64,000 nt of DNA. Source: Podarcis muralis (Eukaryota). Under the pieces are notes generated by a model. It was given only the letters and a program-made list of their open reading frames with translations, made no database searches and was not told the origin of the DNA. Below are positions 45,654 through 57,595 of this stretch, piece after piece (within the stretch, counting starts at the first letter, position 1; every line of letters starts with the position of its first letter). Location of the stretch: positions 13,268,001-13,332,000 of the forward strand of contig NC_135667.1 of assembly GCF_964188315.1 (NCBI RefSeq), read 5' to 3'. A program made the translations under genes and the position numbers.

Positions 45654-46659
45654 CTGGATCACATAGAAAACTGCCTGGAAGCTAGCCTCGAATTATCAAG
45701 TGTTAAAATGTTGATCTAATGTTTGGAATGGATGAAGTCTCTGTTGATGTGGCATGAGTTGTCCTCAGCATTAAGCTTTTTCTGAGATAAGGACTGGTAT
45801 CTGTTAATTTGCAGAAGAAGAATACCAGTAAGGTAGAACTACTGTGCTGGGTGGAGAAAGGGAGGGTTAAAGAAGTTTCTATGCCAATAGGTGAGGTGGC
45901 AGGGTGGGTTGACATCAGTCCTTAGAAATCTATTCCTTTGGAACCCTTTTTCATCTACTGCTGTGTTTGAAATGTCTCAGTACCTCTTCACATCGAGGAT
46001 CTCTGAAGAATGTATAGCAACTTTCAGGCAAGTAGATGACAGCAACTTGAATCTGGGTCAAGAAAAAAATTGTCCTCCAAGACAACAAAGCGTTCAACTC
46101 AACAGCACACAGAAAGCTGATCCTACCATCCAAAGACCTGATGCAGATAAAGTCTCAGTATTTAGAGTCCATGGATATTTAATTTTGTCATTGCACCTGC
46201 TCAGAACTGGCTTTGGTAACTGAGAAATAAAGGACTGCACTGCAGGGTGTGTCTGAAAATCTTAGTTGTGGGTACCATGCTAAGCTCAGAGCATTATTTG
46301 AAAAGATTTGCATAGGTTTTAATTGAAGAAAGGAAGCACTCTTGGGAATTGCCCTATCGAGGGTAATTCTGTTTTTCTTCAAAGCAAGAGCTCCTCAGAG
46401 ATTGCTGAAGGCCTTATAATTTATAATATCTTAGTTTGATAACATCCCAAACCCTCCAAATTGGGTTATTGGAAGGTGCTTCTCATTCTTTTTATTTTTT
46501 TTTATTAAAAATGGATTTCTATATTGAGATAAATTTTAAAATACAAGCAGCAAAACATGCACCACAAATAAAACAAGATCACTAACTAAAGGAAATAGAA
46601 AAGTCACTGATTACAATCCTTTGTGTATTACTATGGTTAAGGTTGTGGAACACTTAGAG

Positions 46660-47494
46660 AATAGGTAGGCAAACTAAGGCCCGGGGGCCGGATCCAGCCC
46701 AATTGCCTTCTAAATCCAGCCCGCAGATGGTCCAGGAATCAGCGTGGTTTTTTTTAATGAATATTTATTAGCATTTTCTATAATGAAACAAAAACAAAAG
46801 TAAACAAAAAAAATAACAAACATACAAAAATACAAAACTTAAAAACAATTAAAAACACATAGAATTTCAATTGCTTATTTCTTTTAACTTATTTCTCAGA
46901 CCTCCTCACACTTTCCCTTCCTGTATTCCAATTCAAATTATTAGTTCAGCAAATCCTTATTACTTATTTCTCAACTTTAACTTAATAATTTAATTTAACA
47001 TATTATTATTTTGCTTTTTCTCTTTCATCCATTTCCTCAATTTATTTTTGCTAACCTTATTTTCATTTAATTTAGTTCATTTTAAAAAACCAATTTTGCC
47101 TTATCCAAACTTAAACATCAATACTTATACATCAATACTCATTCTTAAAACATTTTTTCTAAAGTCGACCCAAATTCCCTTCCACGAATTTCCCAATTTT
47201 CATACAAATAACAAAACACAATAAAAACAGAACAAATTATAGTTATGTACCCTTTGGATTCCCAAACTCCACCTCCCTTTCCCGGTTTCAGTCCCCAACA
47301 AATGTCCATCAGTCTTCATCTACTATGTGTTTTTACATGAGTAGAATGTGTCCTTTTATTTAAAATGCATCTCTGGGTTATTTGTGGGGCATAGGAATTC
47401 GTTCATTATTTTTTTAAAAAAATATAGTCTGGCCCCCCACAAGGTCTGAGGGACAGTGGACCGGCCCCCTGCTGAAAAAGTTTGCTGACCCCTG
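46660..47494. mobile_element. hAT-type MITE interrupted by a nested L1 3' fragment
   Basis: 8-bp TSD acttagag (46652-46659, 47495-47502); ends ..gtaggcaaact / agtttgctgacccctg; empty site at ~41400. Confidence 0.82.
46747..47326 (-). mobile_element. L1-type 3' UTR with poly(A) tail, nested in the MITE
   Basis: T-run at the left end; AT-rich body; gtg(g)ttttt repeated at both ends. Confidence 0.6.
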
Positions 47495-47571
47495 ACTTAG
47501 AGTAAAAGAACCTAAGGAGGAACTCACAAACTATTAAGAAAGTTTGGTGGTGTGCCATGTGGCCAAATCAT

Positions 47572-47884
47572 TTGTTGTTGTTTAGTCGTGTCCGACTCTT
47601 CGTGACCCCATGGACCAGAGCACGCCAGGCACCTCTGTCCTCCACTACCTCCCGCAGTTTGGTCAAACTCATGCTGGTAACCTCGAAAACACTATCCAAC
47701 CATCTCATCCTCTGTCGCCCCCTTCTCCTTGTGCCCTCCATCTTTCCCAGCATCAGTGTCTTCTCCAGGGAGTCTTCTCTTCTCATGAGGTGGCCAAAGT
47801 ACTGGAGCCTCAGCTTCACGATCTGTCCTTCCAGTGAGCACTCAGGGCTGATTTCCTTAAGAATGGATGCGTTTGATCCATTCT
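47572..47884 (-). mobile_element. BovB 3' fragment (about 310 bp)
   Basis: Near-identical to 33790-34096; 12-bp TSD tggccaaatcat (47560-47571, 47885-47896). Confidence 0.95.
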
Positions 47885-48374
47885 TGGCCAAATCATATTC
47901 AGAAATAAACCCATGGGAAGGGTCATAGGTTAGTGGTAGGGCATCTCTGGAAAGGGCTGAACACCCCGGCTGAAGCCCTGGAGCATAGGAGTCAACTCCT
48001 AAGGGCTGAGGGGTCTTCGGCTCCCACAACAAAATATTTGATGGGCAAATGTGCCCCCCAAAGTTTATGGGCATTGCCATTCAGATGCTGTGCGTGCACC
48101 GTGCCATGTGATTATGTCGGGCGGGCCTTACCTACCCCCCCCCCATATCTTATTCAATTTGGGACTCCTGCCCTGGGGAGCCACTATTAAGTGAGTATAA
48201 AAAATACTGAGCTAGGTCTGACTCATTGCAGCTTGCTAGCTTGTTTACTGATAAGATTGCCAACATATAGAATCTGAGCAAAGCCTGTGCCCAAACTCTG
48301 CTCCTGTTTTTCAACTTGGGTTCTCTGTGTGTAAAGCTTTGGTTCATTGATGAAGCTTAGGTTCAGGGAAGGGA

Positions 48375-48682
48375 AGGGAAGTCTTCACGTGCCGCCTTCA
48401 TGTGAGGTCCACCACAGGGTGGCAACACAAGGATGGGCCTTTTCTGTAGTGGCTCCCTGTTTGTGGAATTGGCTCTCCAGGAATGTACACCTGGCTCCTC
48501 ATTGTTAAAACCGTGTTTATGGAAGACAATCTTACTCGGCTACGAGTGATCGCCGAAGAAGATTGTTTCGGTTTAATTATCTAATTGTGTTTTATCTTTT
48601 ATTTTATTCTGTGAACTGTCCTGGGATTGCTTGATGAAGGGAGGTATATAAACTTACCGGTAATAGATAAAATAAATAAATA
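48375..48682 (+). mobile_element. L2 3' fragment carrying a 55-bp nested RTE 3' end (48507-48561)
   Basis: gccttttctgtagtggctccctgtttgtggaat L2 motif, (taaa)n tail; insert matches 3227-3280 and is flanked by attgtt. Confidence 0.7.
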
Positions 48683-49847
48683 ATCTAGTCCAACCGCCCG
48701 CAGTGCAAGAAATTTCAGCTAAAAAGTCAATTAAAGCATCTTAAATATTTTATTCCTATCTGGTAACAGGGTTCATACTGTGCTACTATTTTAATATTGT
48801 GAATGAAACATATTCTTTATTTTTGTGGGATTATTTGGGCAAAGGCTTGGTCTAAATCAGTGCTTCAGATCACTTTGGTCACAATTGATTACTGCACATT
48901 TAGCTCATTTTGCTTCAGGCTCCAGGAAGCAGAGAGTGGGGGCTTTAGAACTTGCTCCAAATTCCAAATTCCACCATAGAACCTGTTCCACGACACAATG
49001 CACCCATCTGATTACTTTTCTTCTTTTTATTTATTTGCAGTAAAGACACCATTATAACATTTTAAAACAATAATAAATAGCATAAATAAAAATGCACATT
49101 AATACAACTGAAAGCACACAATGACAATAATAGCTAGAGGAATCATAAGTGGTCTGATAACAATGGTCTTATTCAATAACATTGCCACTTGCCTTGTGAG
49201 TGACTTCTTGGAGTCCTGAAGCAAAGAGATTCATAAGAGTGGCCAGGGAGGGGTTGTGTAGTGGGGCATTTTGGATGATAGAATCCACCTTTGTGTTGCT
49301 AGAAGGGAAGTATCCATTGTTCATTGGTGTTTTATTGTATCTGCCATCTAATAAATTGGAAGGGAGAACATTAAACCTTCCCAGAGAGAAAACCCTGCTA
49401 TATTTAGGGATTGTTAAGTATCCCAAGTATGGTATTGCATCTTTACAGGGGAGGCATGGTAACCCCAGTGACTGAGGGGAACAGGGTCCCCATGAAGGTC
49501 ATTGAAGCTATGTCCAAAAAGCTCTGTTTAACCATTGATTTGGTGCCCTTTAGACATAGTAAGAGAATGATATACCTGTTGAGGTAACTTTTTTCACTAC
49601 AATCTTCAACCAAGGTGATTAAAAATAACCAAACATTGCCTCAGAGTCCAATGAATTGGGGGTAAATACAAGTCAGCAGCGGAGCCAAAAATGGGTAGAA
49701 TGAATTCACACAAAGCACAATCATTATATTCAGTCCCTGTCTAGCCAGAAAGAAAACAAAGGTTTTTAACAATGGAAATTATCTGTGTTTTCACCGTGGT
49801 AGAAGGAAGTAACCTGTCTCTTCGCTTTTAATAGCTAATGGCATTGG

Positions 49848-49873
49848 TTCTTAAGGGACACATTCCCAAGGGA
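49848..49873 (+). promoter_or_regulatory. Putative OR-9 promoter: tandem O/E pair
   Basis: ttcttaaggga-caca-ttcccaaggga; donor gag|gtaaag at 50062. Confidence 0.6.
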
Positions 49874-50689
49874 CACCTAAGATTTAACAGGAGCATTCAA
49901 GGTTTCTGTAGTAGATACAAAGACTCATATAGCCCATGACTATGACAACTGAACACCCATGTTAGGCAGAGGGAACAGCAACATGTTCCCACCTACAAAT
50001 CCTGACACAACATTTGTGATGAGCCTTCAGCTGGATGGAGGAATGTATCAAAAATTACTGAGGTAAAGAAATGGAGACTGGAGTGGAACTGGGGAGGATC
50101 TGATCTGAACGAGTACCACCTTCTAGAAAGAGTTGAAGACTGCTTCAAGGAAATGTGATAGATCATTATAGAAGTGTGTCGTCAGAGAGACATAGATGAG
50201 TACTTGGAAAAGGCTGTGAGATGTCTCTGGGATTCCTAGCTGCATCCCTGATTTTTATTTAACAATCAAAATAAATCATTTGGTTCTCTGCCTTCATTTG
50301 GAGCCTACAAACCCTCTTATCTTGCAAATTCACACCACCTTAACTAACTAACTAACTAACTAACTAACCTCACTGGACCTTTTTAAAAAAATCTCTAAAT
50401 CACATGGGCAATAGTTTTATTAGGTCAACTGAAATGTCACTAAATAGAGTGGAAGCTTCATTGGGCTTGATAGTACACAATGAAAGGGTTGTAGGGGGGA
50501 GTTGACTGTTCCACTAATCTGTATCTCAAAAGTGTTAAGACGGAACATGGGAGAAGAGTGTTAGTCACATCTCTCCTCCTTCTTCCTATGCTCCATCTTA
50601 AGGCCCTTATACAAGGTGTAGGCTCATGGCTTTGCCACCACCCAAAGTTTCTTCTCTCCCCAGCACCCTACCCCACAACTTTGCTTGAC

Positions 50690-50775
50690 ATCTAGTCCGA
50701 TGAAGAATTCTGGGGAACATGAAGGCCTGCATGCTATTTTGTGATATTTTGGTTGGTCTAATAAAGGTATTGCAC
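50690..50775 (+). mobile_element. Possible Penelope-like element terminal remnant
   Basis: ccgatgaagaattctggggaacatgaaggc..ttggttggtctaataaaggtat resembles PLE termini (ctgatga..gaaagc..aataaa). Confidence 0.4.
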
Positions 50776-51593
50776 TAATATAGAATTTTGGAATAGATCT
50801 CACCCCAAAGTATCAATTAAATTGTTTAGTAACGTAAGATGGGATGACTTTCATTCAAGGTGCTTCACAGGTCTATGTTTGCTCCTTGTCTCAGGAAAGA
50901 GCGGAGAAGCTTTTGGGAGGGGGTCACCCATCTGCAAAAGAACAAAAGGTGGTGGTGCAGGGGGGGTAGACTAGGAATAAAATTGTAGGTAGATGAGTGT
51001 ATTTCTAGTTAATGTCACTTTTGCAGGTGTTCATTCATAAGTCTGTTCAGTCTTGATTCTGCATTAAACTGTACTTTAATAGCTACAAGAAAATTCCCAT
51101 TTAAAATAGTATTTTTGAATGGATTTTCTTGAAAAATACACATTTCTAAAATATATCCTTTATGAAAGGATGCCTTTCCAAATTTACTTTATCGCAAGAT
51201 TCACATTTTGTAGATATTGTGCATGTGTGTGTGTGTACACACACAAGCATCATTGCAAAATTAGGAGAAAGGCTGATGGACAGCTATTTAATTTCAATGA
51301 ATTAAATGCCTCATTTCAGGTTCCAGCAGCCAAGTGACGATACTTCTATAAGACTGTGAACAATATTCACAATAAGGGTCAAGGGGTCAAGCTTAGATAT
51401 GTTCAAGATTACACTAACCCAAGCCAAACTATTCTGAATACATTTACCATGTTTACTTTTTATAATCAACTGTGATCTGAAAGAGAAGTTGGAGGCATCA
51501 CTTTTCCTCTGTCTTTCAGTGGTAACAGAGAGACAAGAAGGCAGACATAACCTCTATGCGGTTTAGAGTGATCATTCATCCATCTGATTCCAA

Positions 51594-52553
51594 ATGGAGA
51601 TGGACAATACGACTTCTGTCCAGGAATTCATTTTGCTGGGATTTGGAATTGGACAGCACAAACGGTTCCTGCTCCTCATTTTTTTCACCATTCTCTACAT
51701 GCTCACTTTGGCAGAGAACATCACCATTATCACACTGGTGTTTCTAGACAACCACTTGGCTCAACTTCCCATGTATATTCTACTGAGCAACTTCTCCTGG
51801 CTAGAGATGTGCTACGTATCCACCACTGTGCCTCGCATGCTTTTTGACCTAGCTTCCCCTCATGGGGTCATTTCTTTCCATGAGTGCTTCCTCCAGTTCT
51901 ACATTTTCTTTTCACTTGGTTGTACTGAATGCTTCTTTCTCTCAACCATGGCCTTGGACCGGTACTTGGCTATCTGCTGCCCACTACGCTACCCACACAT
52001 AATGTCCCCACACTTCTGCTACACTCTGGTAGCTCTATGTTGGGTTGTTGGTTTCCTGTGGTACCTTGTCCCAGCAGTTTTGATCTCCCTGTTGTCCTTC
52101 TGTGGATCTAATACCATTGACCACTTCTTGTGTGATCCTGGACCAATTCTGGCCCTGGCATGCCCGCTACTCGGAAATGCTCCCCTCTTCAGCCAGATTT
52201 GCCTCAATGGTCTGATTATAGGCAATGTCTCCTTTGTTGTGCTGTCCTACAGCACTGTAATTCTCACCCTGATGAAAGCCTCTAGCCAAGGTAATCGTAG
52301 GAAGGCCTTCTCCACCATATCATTCCACATTGTGGTGGTCACACTTTTCTACGGCTCAGTTGCAGGGATGTACTTGATTCCAGGTGGAGAAAGCCAATCA
52401 GAGGTCACCAAGGCAGTGACCCTCTTCTACACAGCCATCACACCCTTTCTCAATCCTTTGATCTACTGCTTGAGGAATGATCAGGTGAAAGAGGCAGTGG
52501 GCAGGTTGCTGAGGAGAAAGGTGAGGTCACTAGAGAGAAAGCAAAGAACTTAA
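51594..52553 (+). CDS. Olfactory receptor OR-9, OR11-like, 319 aa; the only + strand OR
   Basis: LAQLPMY, MALDRYLAICCPL, KAFSTISFHI, PFLNPLIYCLRN; NTT glycosylation site. Confidence 0.94.
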   Translation: MEMDNTTSVQEFILLGFGIGQHKRFLLLIFFTILYMLTLAENITIITLVFLDNHLAQLPMYILLSNFSWLEMCYVSTTVPRMLFDLASPHGVISFHECFLQFYIFFSLGCTECFFLSTMALDRYLAICCPLRYPHIMSPHFCYTLVALCWVVGFLWYLVPAVLISLLSFCGSNTIDHFLCDPGPILALACPLLGNAPLFSQICLNGLIIGNVSFVVLSYSTVILTLMKASSQGNRRKAFSTISFHIVVVTLFYGSVAGMYLIPGGESQSEVTKAVTLFYTAITPFLNPLIYCLRNDQVKEAVGRLLRRKVRSLERKQRT

Positions 52554-53611
52554 AAAGTGGGGAGAGGAGGCAACAACAACAAAGCAAAGCACCCAAGTAT
52601 GTACAGCTGATATGTACAGAGCTGGATAGAGAGAAGCAACTTTCTCTGCTGATGTGTTTTGCACAGCACATCAAGAAAGGTATGATAAGAAATCAGGAAC
52701 GAGTTCATAGTTACCTGATGACCACATTCCCCGACAAGGCAGTTCAGTTCTTAGCTTTAAGAAGAAACCCAAAACCATTTGTTGGGATTTTTCACAATTT
52801 GTCTGATGGCCAGTTGCTAAATTATAATGAAATGAATCTCACCACCCTTGATAACATCAGAGTTGTGGAAGCCTATTCAGACCAAAGGCTGTATTGCCTT
52901 CTTGTCAAGCTTCCAGAGGAGCACATGGGAGTGGGCAGGGCCAGAGGTGAAAGCAGGCAGAGCACTGAATGCGAATTCTAGCTTTGTATTGTGGGTTAGT
53001 TTCCATACACATTCACACAACCTTCTCTGTTCTCCAGCTAAACAAGCAGGAGGCATCAGCTAAGTTCAAGGAAATATTCCATCAAGGGAAAAACACTTGG
53101 GGTGTGAAGCAGGGTTAGTGAGAGTGTGACTTGGGAAGAGGAGTGTGACTGAGGACCCCCACCCTGCATTTGGAGTAAATTCTAATTATTTTCACTTTAA
53201 TAACAAAAAAATATGTCATTGTAAAATGATGATTTTTTGGTACATATCTCCCAGGGGGGCTTATGGAAACAGTGAGGATATTGGCATAAAGCAGACAGGG
53301 TCACTGATTTTCTTAACAGGTGCAACAGGAAGCACAGATAGACGCTTTGCATCATCCTAGTGAGCTGTTATTGGATGAGAAAACCTCTGTCAATTTTTAG
53401 TTCTTATCACTTATGTTTACTCATTATTAGTCTTTGTTCCAAATCTGTGTATACTGTAATTTGTGGTGGGTGGGTGTTTTGCAGAGTCTCTTTTATTTGT
53501 ATAAAGGGTAAAGTGATGCCACACTAAGAATAGGCCTGGTATTGATTGTCCCTTGAATAAATCTTTTTGGTGGGTTAACTGTTCTGGAATGGCTATAAGC
53601 CTATATAGATA

Positions 53612-53853
53612 CAGTGGTACCTTGGGTTACAGACACTTCAGGTTACAGATGCTTCAGGTTACAAACTCCGCTAACCCAGAAATAGTACCTCGAGTTAAGA
53701 ACTTTGCTTCAGGATGAGAACAGAAATTGTGCGGCGGTGGCACGGCGGCAGCAGGAGGCCCCATTAGCTAAAGTGGTACCGCAGGTTAAGAACAGTTTCA
53801 GGTTAAGAACGGACCTCCAGAATGAATTAAGTTCTTAACCCGAGGTACCACTC
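53612..53853. mobile_element. Tc1/mariner MITE, copy 4
   Basis: TIR cagtggtaccttgggtta / taacccgaggtaccactc; TA flanks. Confidence 0.85.
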
Positions 53854-54113
53854 TATAGACATACACACAAACATACACATATCCAAACTTAGGCCTTTCA
53901 TTGTTGTGAAGTGATCCATCTGGCTGCAATATAAGCATGAACAGTTTAAAATTGTATATATTGTGTAATATTTTGCAATTTTTCTTAATAAAAAAATCAT
54001 TTGAAACTGTGCTCATTGTATATTTATAGATTTGGATTACATTTTAAAATGTTTCTTTATTGTAAACAGCTTCAAGATCTGCAGACATTAAGTGATCATG
54101 AGGTGGACTGGAC

Positions 54114-54152
<39 letters not shown>

Positions 54153-55374
54153 ATGTTACTAATTCGTTAGATTTAATATCCATGTTAATGTAGCCAAATA
54201 CTCTTTTCTATTTGCTCTATATCTTTAGATGACCTCAATAAGTGGTTTCATACACTGTAGATGTTAAATAGCACAGAACATAAGAACTTAACTGGATCAG
54301 TCCATGGGCCCATGTAGACTAGCATCCTCTTCTCATGGACCAAGCAGATGCCTATGTGTAAACACATAAGCATAACAACAACTCTCCCCATTTGTGTCTT
54401 CCAGCAACACAACAGTGTTGGGAGACTGCAGCCATAGTGTCTAGTAGCCATTAATAACATTAGTAAGTAGTAGTATTAGTAGTAGTATTTAAAATTTGTA
54501 TACTGCCCTTCAATCTTAGGCGCGTCAAGTTGGGCACAACATGGGGGGGGACAGGCATCCCACATACATGATGTCACATGTGTGATGTATCCTCCTGGTG
54601 TCTTTTTGAAGATCAACAGATTGCAAAACTCTACATAAATTTTAACTTCAGTGCATGCATACAAATGTTACATGTTATGCATATTAAACTTTAACCTTCC
54701 CCCCCCCCGCCCCTGCCCCACCTCTTGTTTTGGAGGGAGTTTTTATCCTCCCCCCACCTTCTAAGTTTTCCATACTTTGCCAATTATCCAGATACCTCCC
54801 TTTTGTTCATTGTGGTGGGTGTGATTTGGTTACAAAACACAGCCCATCCCAAGTTCAGCACTTGAAGGAAACATATTCAAAGCAAGACTGAAAGTAGAGA
54901 ATGTTTCGAGTTGTGCTAATTATCATTATATGCACTTTTTTATAATAATCAGGCAGGAGTAACAGAAAATGATGGGCTTTATTTAAACTAGCTGGCATTC
55001 TCTTTCTCTCCCTCCTGCTTGGTCTCTGTACTGTTTGTGCTGAGCCACTTGCTGGTAGCTGCTTCCTTAATCTGTGCTTTCCCTCTGGGGCACTAAGTTT
55101 CTGTTTTAACCCTCTTGCTTTGTGACACATTCAGGAAATACCATTTTTGAATATTCCCTTAAGTAAAACAAAGACAAAAACAAAACCATGCTAGTATAAA
55201 CTGGCCAATGCATCATACTTCTAGCAGCAAGAATTCCATGTAAAAAATTATATATTTCAGAAATGTGATACACCCATCTGCTATAATAAGTGCAACAGCC
55301 CAGCCTACCACAATTTTGCTTGTGGAAGGCTGGTGTTCTGCTTATCCTTCTTTTTTTCTTCCAAAATTTTTACA

Positions 55375-56337
55375 CTATCGATATTCTCCAGGGCACCAAC
55401 ATTTCTCCATTCTCTTCAACAACCTCCCTGCTGCCTCTTTGATCTTATCATTCCTCAGACAGTAGATCAGTGGGTTGAGGACAGGTGTGACGGCAGCATA
55501 AAAGACTGTTGCTGCCTTTGTGACCTCTGAGTTGCTTTCTCCACCTGGAGCAGCTAAGTATACCCCTGCCACAGAACCATAAAAAATCGTCACCACCATT
55601 AGGTGGAAGAATATGGTGGAGAAAGCCTTCTTACGACTTCCTTGGCTAGAGGTTTTCATCAGAGAGAGAATCACTGCACCATAGGACAGGATGACACACA
55701 ATAAGTTACCCAAAATCACAGCATTTACGAATATCTGATAGATGAAAGGAGCATTTCCTAGTGGAGGGCAGGCCAGAGACAGAAGTGGCCCAGGATCACA
55801 CAACAAATGGTCAATGACGTTTGGTCCACAGAAGGACATCTTGGAGATCAAAGTCACTGGGACAATGTTCCACAGGAAGCCAAGGATCCAACAGGTAGCC
55901 ATCAGGGCATAGCAGGCATTCTGGGACATAATTTGTGGGTAACGCAGTGGGTGGCATATGGCTAAATACCGATCCAAAGCCATGGCAGAGAGGAAGAAGT
56001 CCTCAGTGCAACCAAGAGAAAAAAAGATGTAGAACTGGAGGAAGCAAGCCTGGAAAGAGATCTTCCCATGAAGGGTTATTAGATCAAAGAGCATGCGAGG
56101 TATAGTGGTGCTCACATAGCATATCTCCAGCCAGGAGAAGCTGCCCAGAAGGAGATACATGGGAAGTCGTGACAAGTGGGAGTCTAGAACGACCAAGGTG
56201 ATAATGGTCATGTTCTCAGCCAAAGTCAGCACATAAAAAGCAGTCAAAAAAATGAGGAGCAGCAAATGCTTCTTTGGCCCACCTCCAAATCCTAGCAAAA
56301 TGAATTCTGTGACATCAGTCCCATTGGCCATCTCCAT
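55375..56337 (-). CDS. Olfactory receptor OR-10, OR11-like, 320 aa
   Basis: LSRLPMY, MALDRYLAICHPL, KAFSTIFFHL, PVLNPLIYCLRN; start at MEMANG after acceptor ttgcag. Confidence 0.95.
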   Translation of the reverse strand: MEMANGTDVTEFILLGFGGGPKKHLLLLIFLTAFYVLTLAENMTIITLVVLDSHLSRLPMYLLLGSFSWLEICYVSTTIPRMLFDLITLHGKISFQACFLQFYIFFSLGCTEDFFLSAMALDRYLAICHPLRYPQIMSQNACYALMATCWILGFLWNIVPVTLISKMSFCGPNVIDHLLCDPGPLLSLACPPLGNAPFIYQIFVNAVILGNLLCVILSYGAVILSLMKTSSQGSRKKAFSTIFFHLMVVTIFYGSVAGVYLAAPGGESNSEVTKAATVFYAAVTPVLNPLIYCLRNDKIKEAAGRLLKRMEKCWCPGEYR

Positions 56338-56842
56338 CTGCAATCACAAAAGAGAAACACAGTCACATACCAAGAGCGAGTATCATCTCCCTGTCTGCCT
56401 GTAGACTCAGCAAGCTTATCATTTGTGGATGGTGTGTGCTAAGGGAATAAATCCTTAGGCTGAGAGGAAAACACTACTACAAATCATTGTCTCCCTCTCT
56501 GCTTTCATTGAAAAGCAAAGACTAACCAGGCATGCTGCTTTTAAGGAGGGCAGCAGAATATTCTGCCTCCTTCATTTTAGATTACATATACTTATTCTTG
56601 AGATTGCATATCAGTTATGAGGCATAACAAGTAATGGTGTTGCATCCATTTAATTTATATTTATTTATTGAGGGGAAAATCATAGGCCACTTAATCAGAA
56701 GATTCTCTAAATTATGAAGATAATAAAGCAGTCAATAGCACATAGATAAAGACTTAAAGACAAATACCGTATACAGGTAGGTAGCTAAGTTATAGCTGAA
56801 TTATACCTCTTAGGACCAAAATAAGTAAAGTTTCAGAAGAAT

Positions 56843-56996
56843 ATAGGAAGCTGCCTTATACCAAGTTGGGCTATTGCTCCTTTTTCCTCAGTATGGTCCA
56901 CATTGATGGGCAGCAGCTTCTGAGGTTTCCAGTGAGGTGCCCCAGAGATACTCTGTATGCAAAGCAGTTAGTCTACCATTGAACTATGGCCCTTCC
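56843..56996 (-). mobile_element. Squam2-like SINE
   Basis: ataggaagctgccttata tail; ctaccattgaactatggccc head. Confidence 0.6.
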
Positions 56997-57514
56997 CAAG
57001 TATTCTAAACTTACCGTACCTATGACCGCTAAAATGTGCATCATCATATCATTATCAGAATGGTATGTGAGAACATGGAATATCTAAATGGCACTTCCCA
57101 GATTATGTTGGACTCCCCACTCCCATCAGCTCCAGCCAAGATAACCAATGGTCCAGGATCATGAGAGTTGTAGTCCATCATCATCTAAAGTGCATCCTGT
57201 TGACTACCTATGTTCTTATTTCTTTGAAACACCCTTTTAGTCCATAGGAGTGGACTTCCTTAAGCATCTGTTGTCATCAACATAGCCATTTCTTTTTAAG
57301 TGTGTAGGAATCTAGTGCTAGTGTAGTGTAGTGTTTGTTTGTTTGTTTGTTTGTTTGTTTGTTTGTTTATGTATTATGTAATTTGTGTTCTTATTTTGTA
57401 TTTTTTGTTGTTGTGAACCATCCCGATTTAGTAAGAAATCAGGGGTGGACAAGTTTTAGCACTCTGTATGCTGTTGGATAACAACTCTGAGGATTTCATC
57501 TGAGAGCCCTGTAC

Positions 57515-57518
<4 letters not shown>

Positions 57519-57567
<49 letters not shown>

Positions 57568-57595
57568 CCTCCCTCCCTCCCTCCCTCCCTCCCTC
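57519..57595. repeat. (CT)n-(CCCT)n microsatellite
   Basis: Direct reading. Other microsatellites: compound CA at 21617-21682, (AG)n at 27150-27230, (TAAC)n at 50340-50368, (AAAT)n at 54114-54153, (GTTT)n at 57334-57368. Confidence 0.95.

Noticed and set aside
52652-52981. 109-aa ORF in the OR-9 3' region
   Set aside because: No recognisable motif, no splice context and no paralog in the window
1178-56343. Many 60-130 aa ORFs overlapping OR genes in other frames or strands
   Set aside because: They recur at homologous positions in every paralog as by-products of OR codon composition
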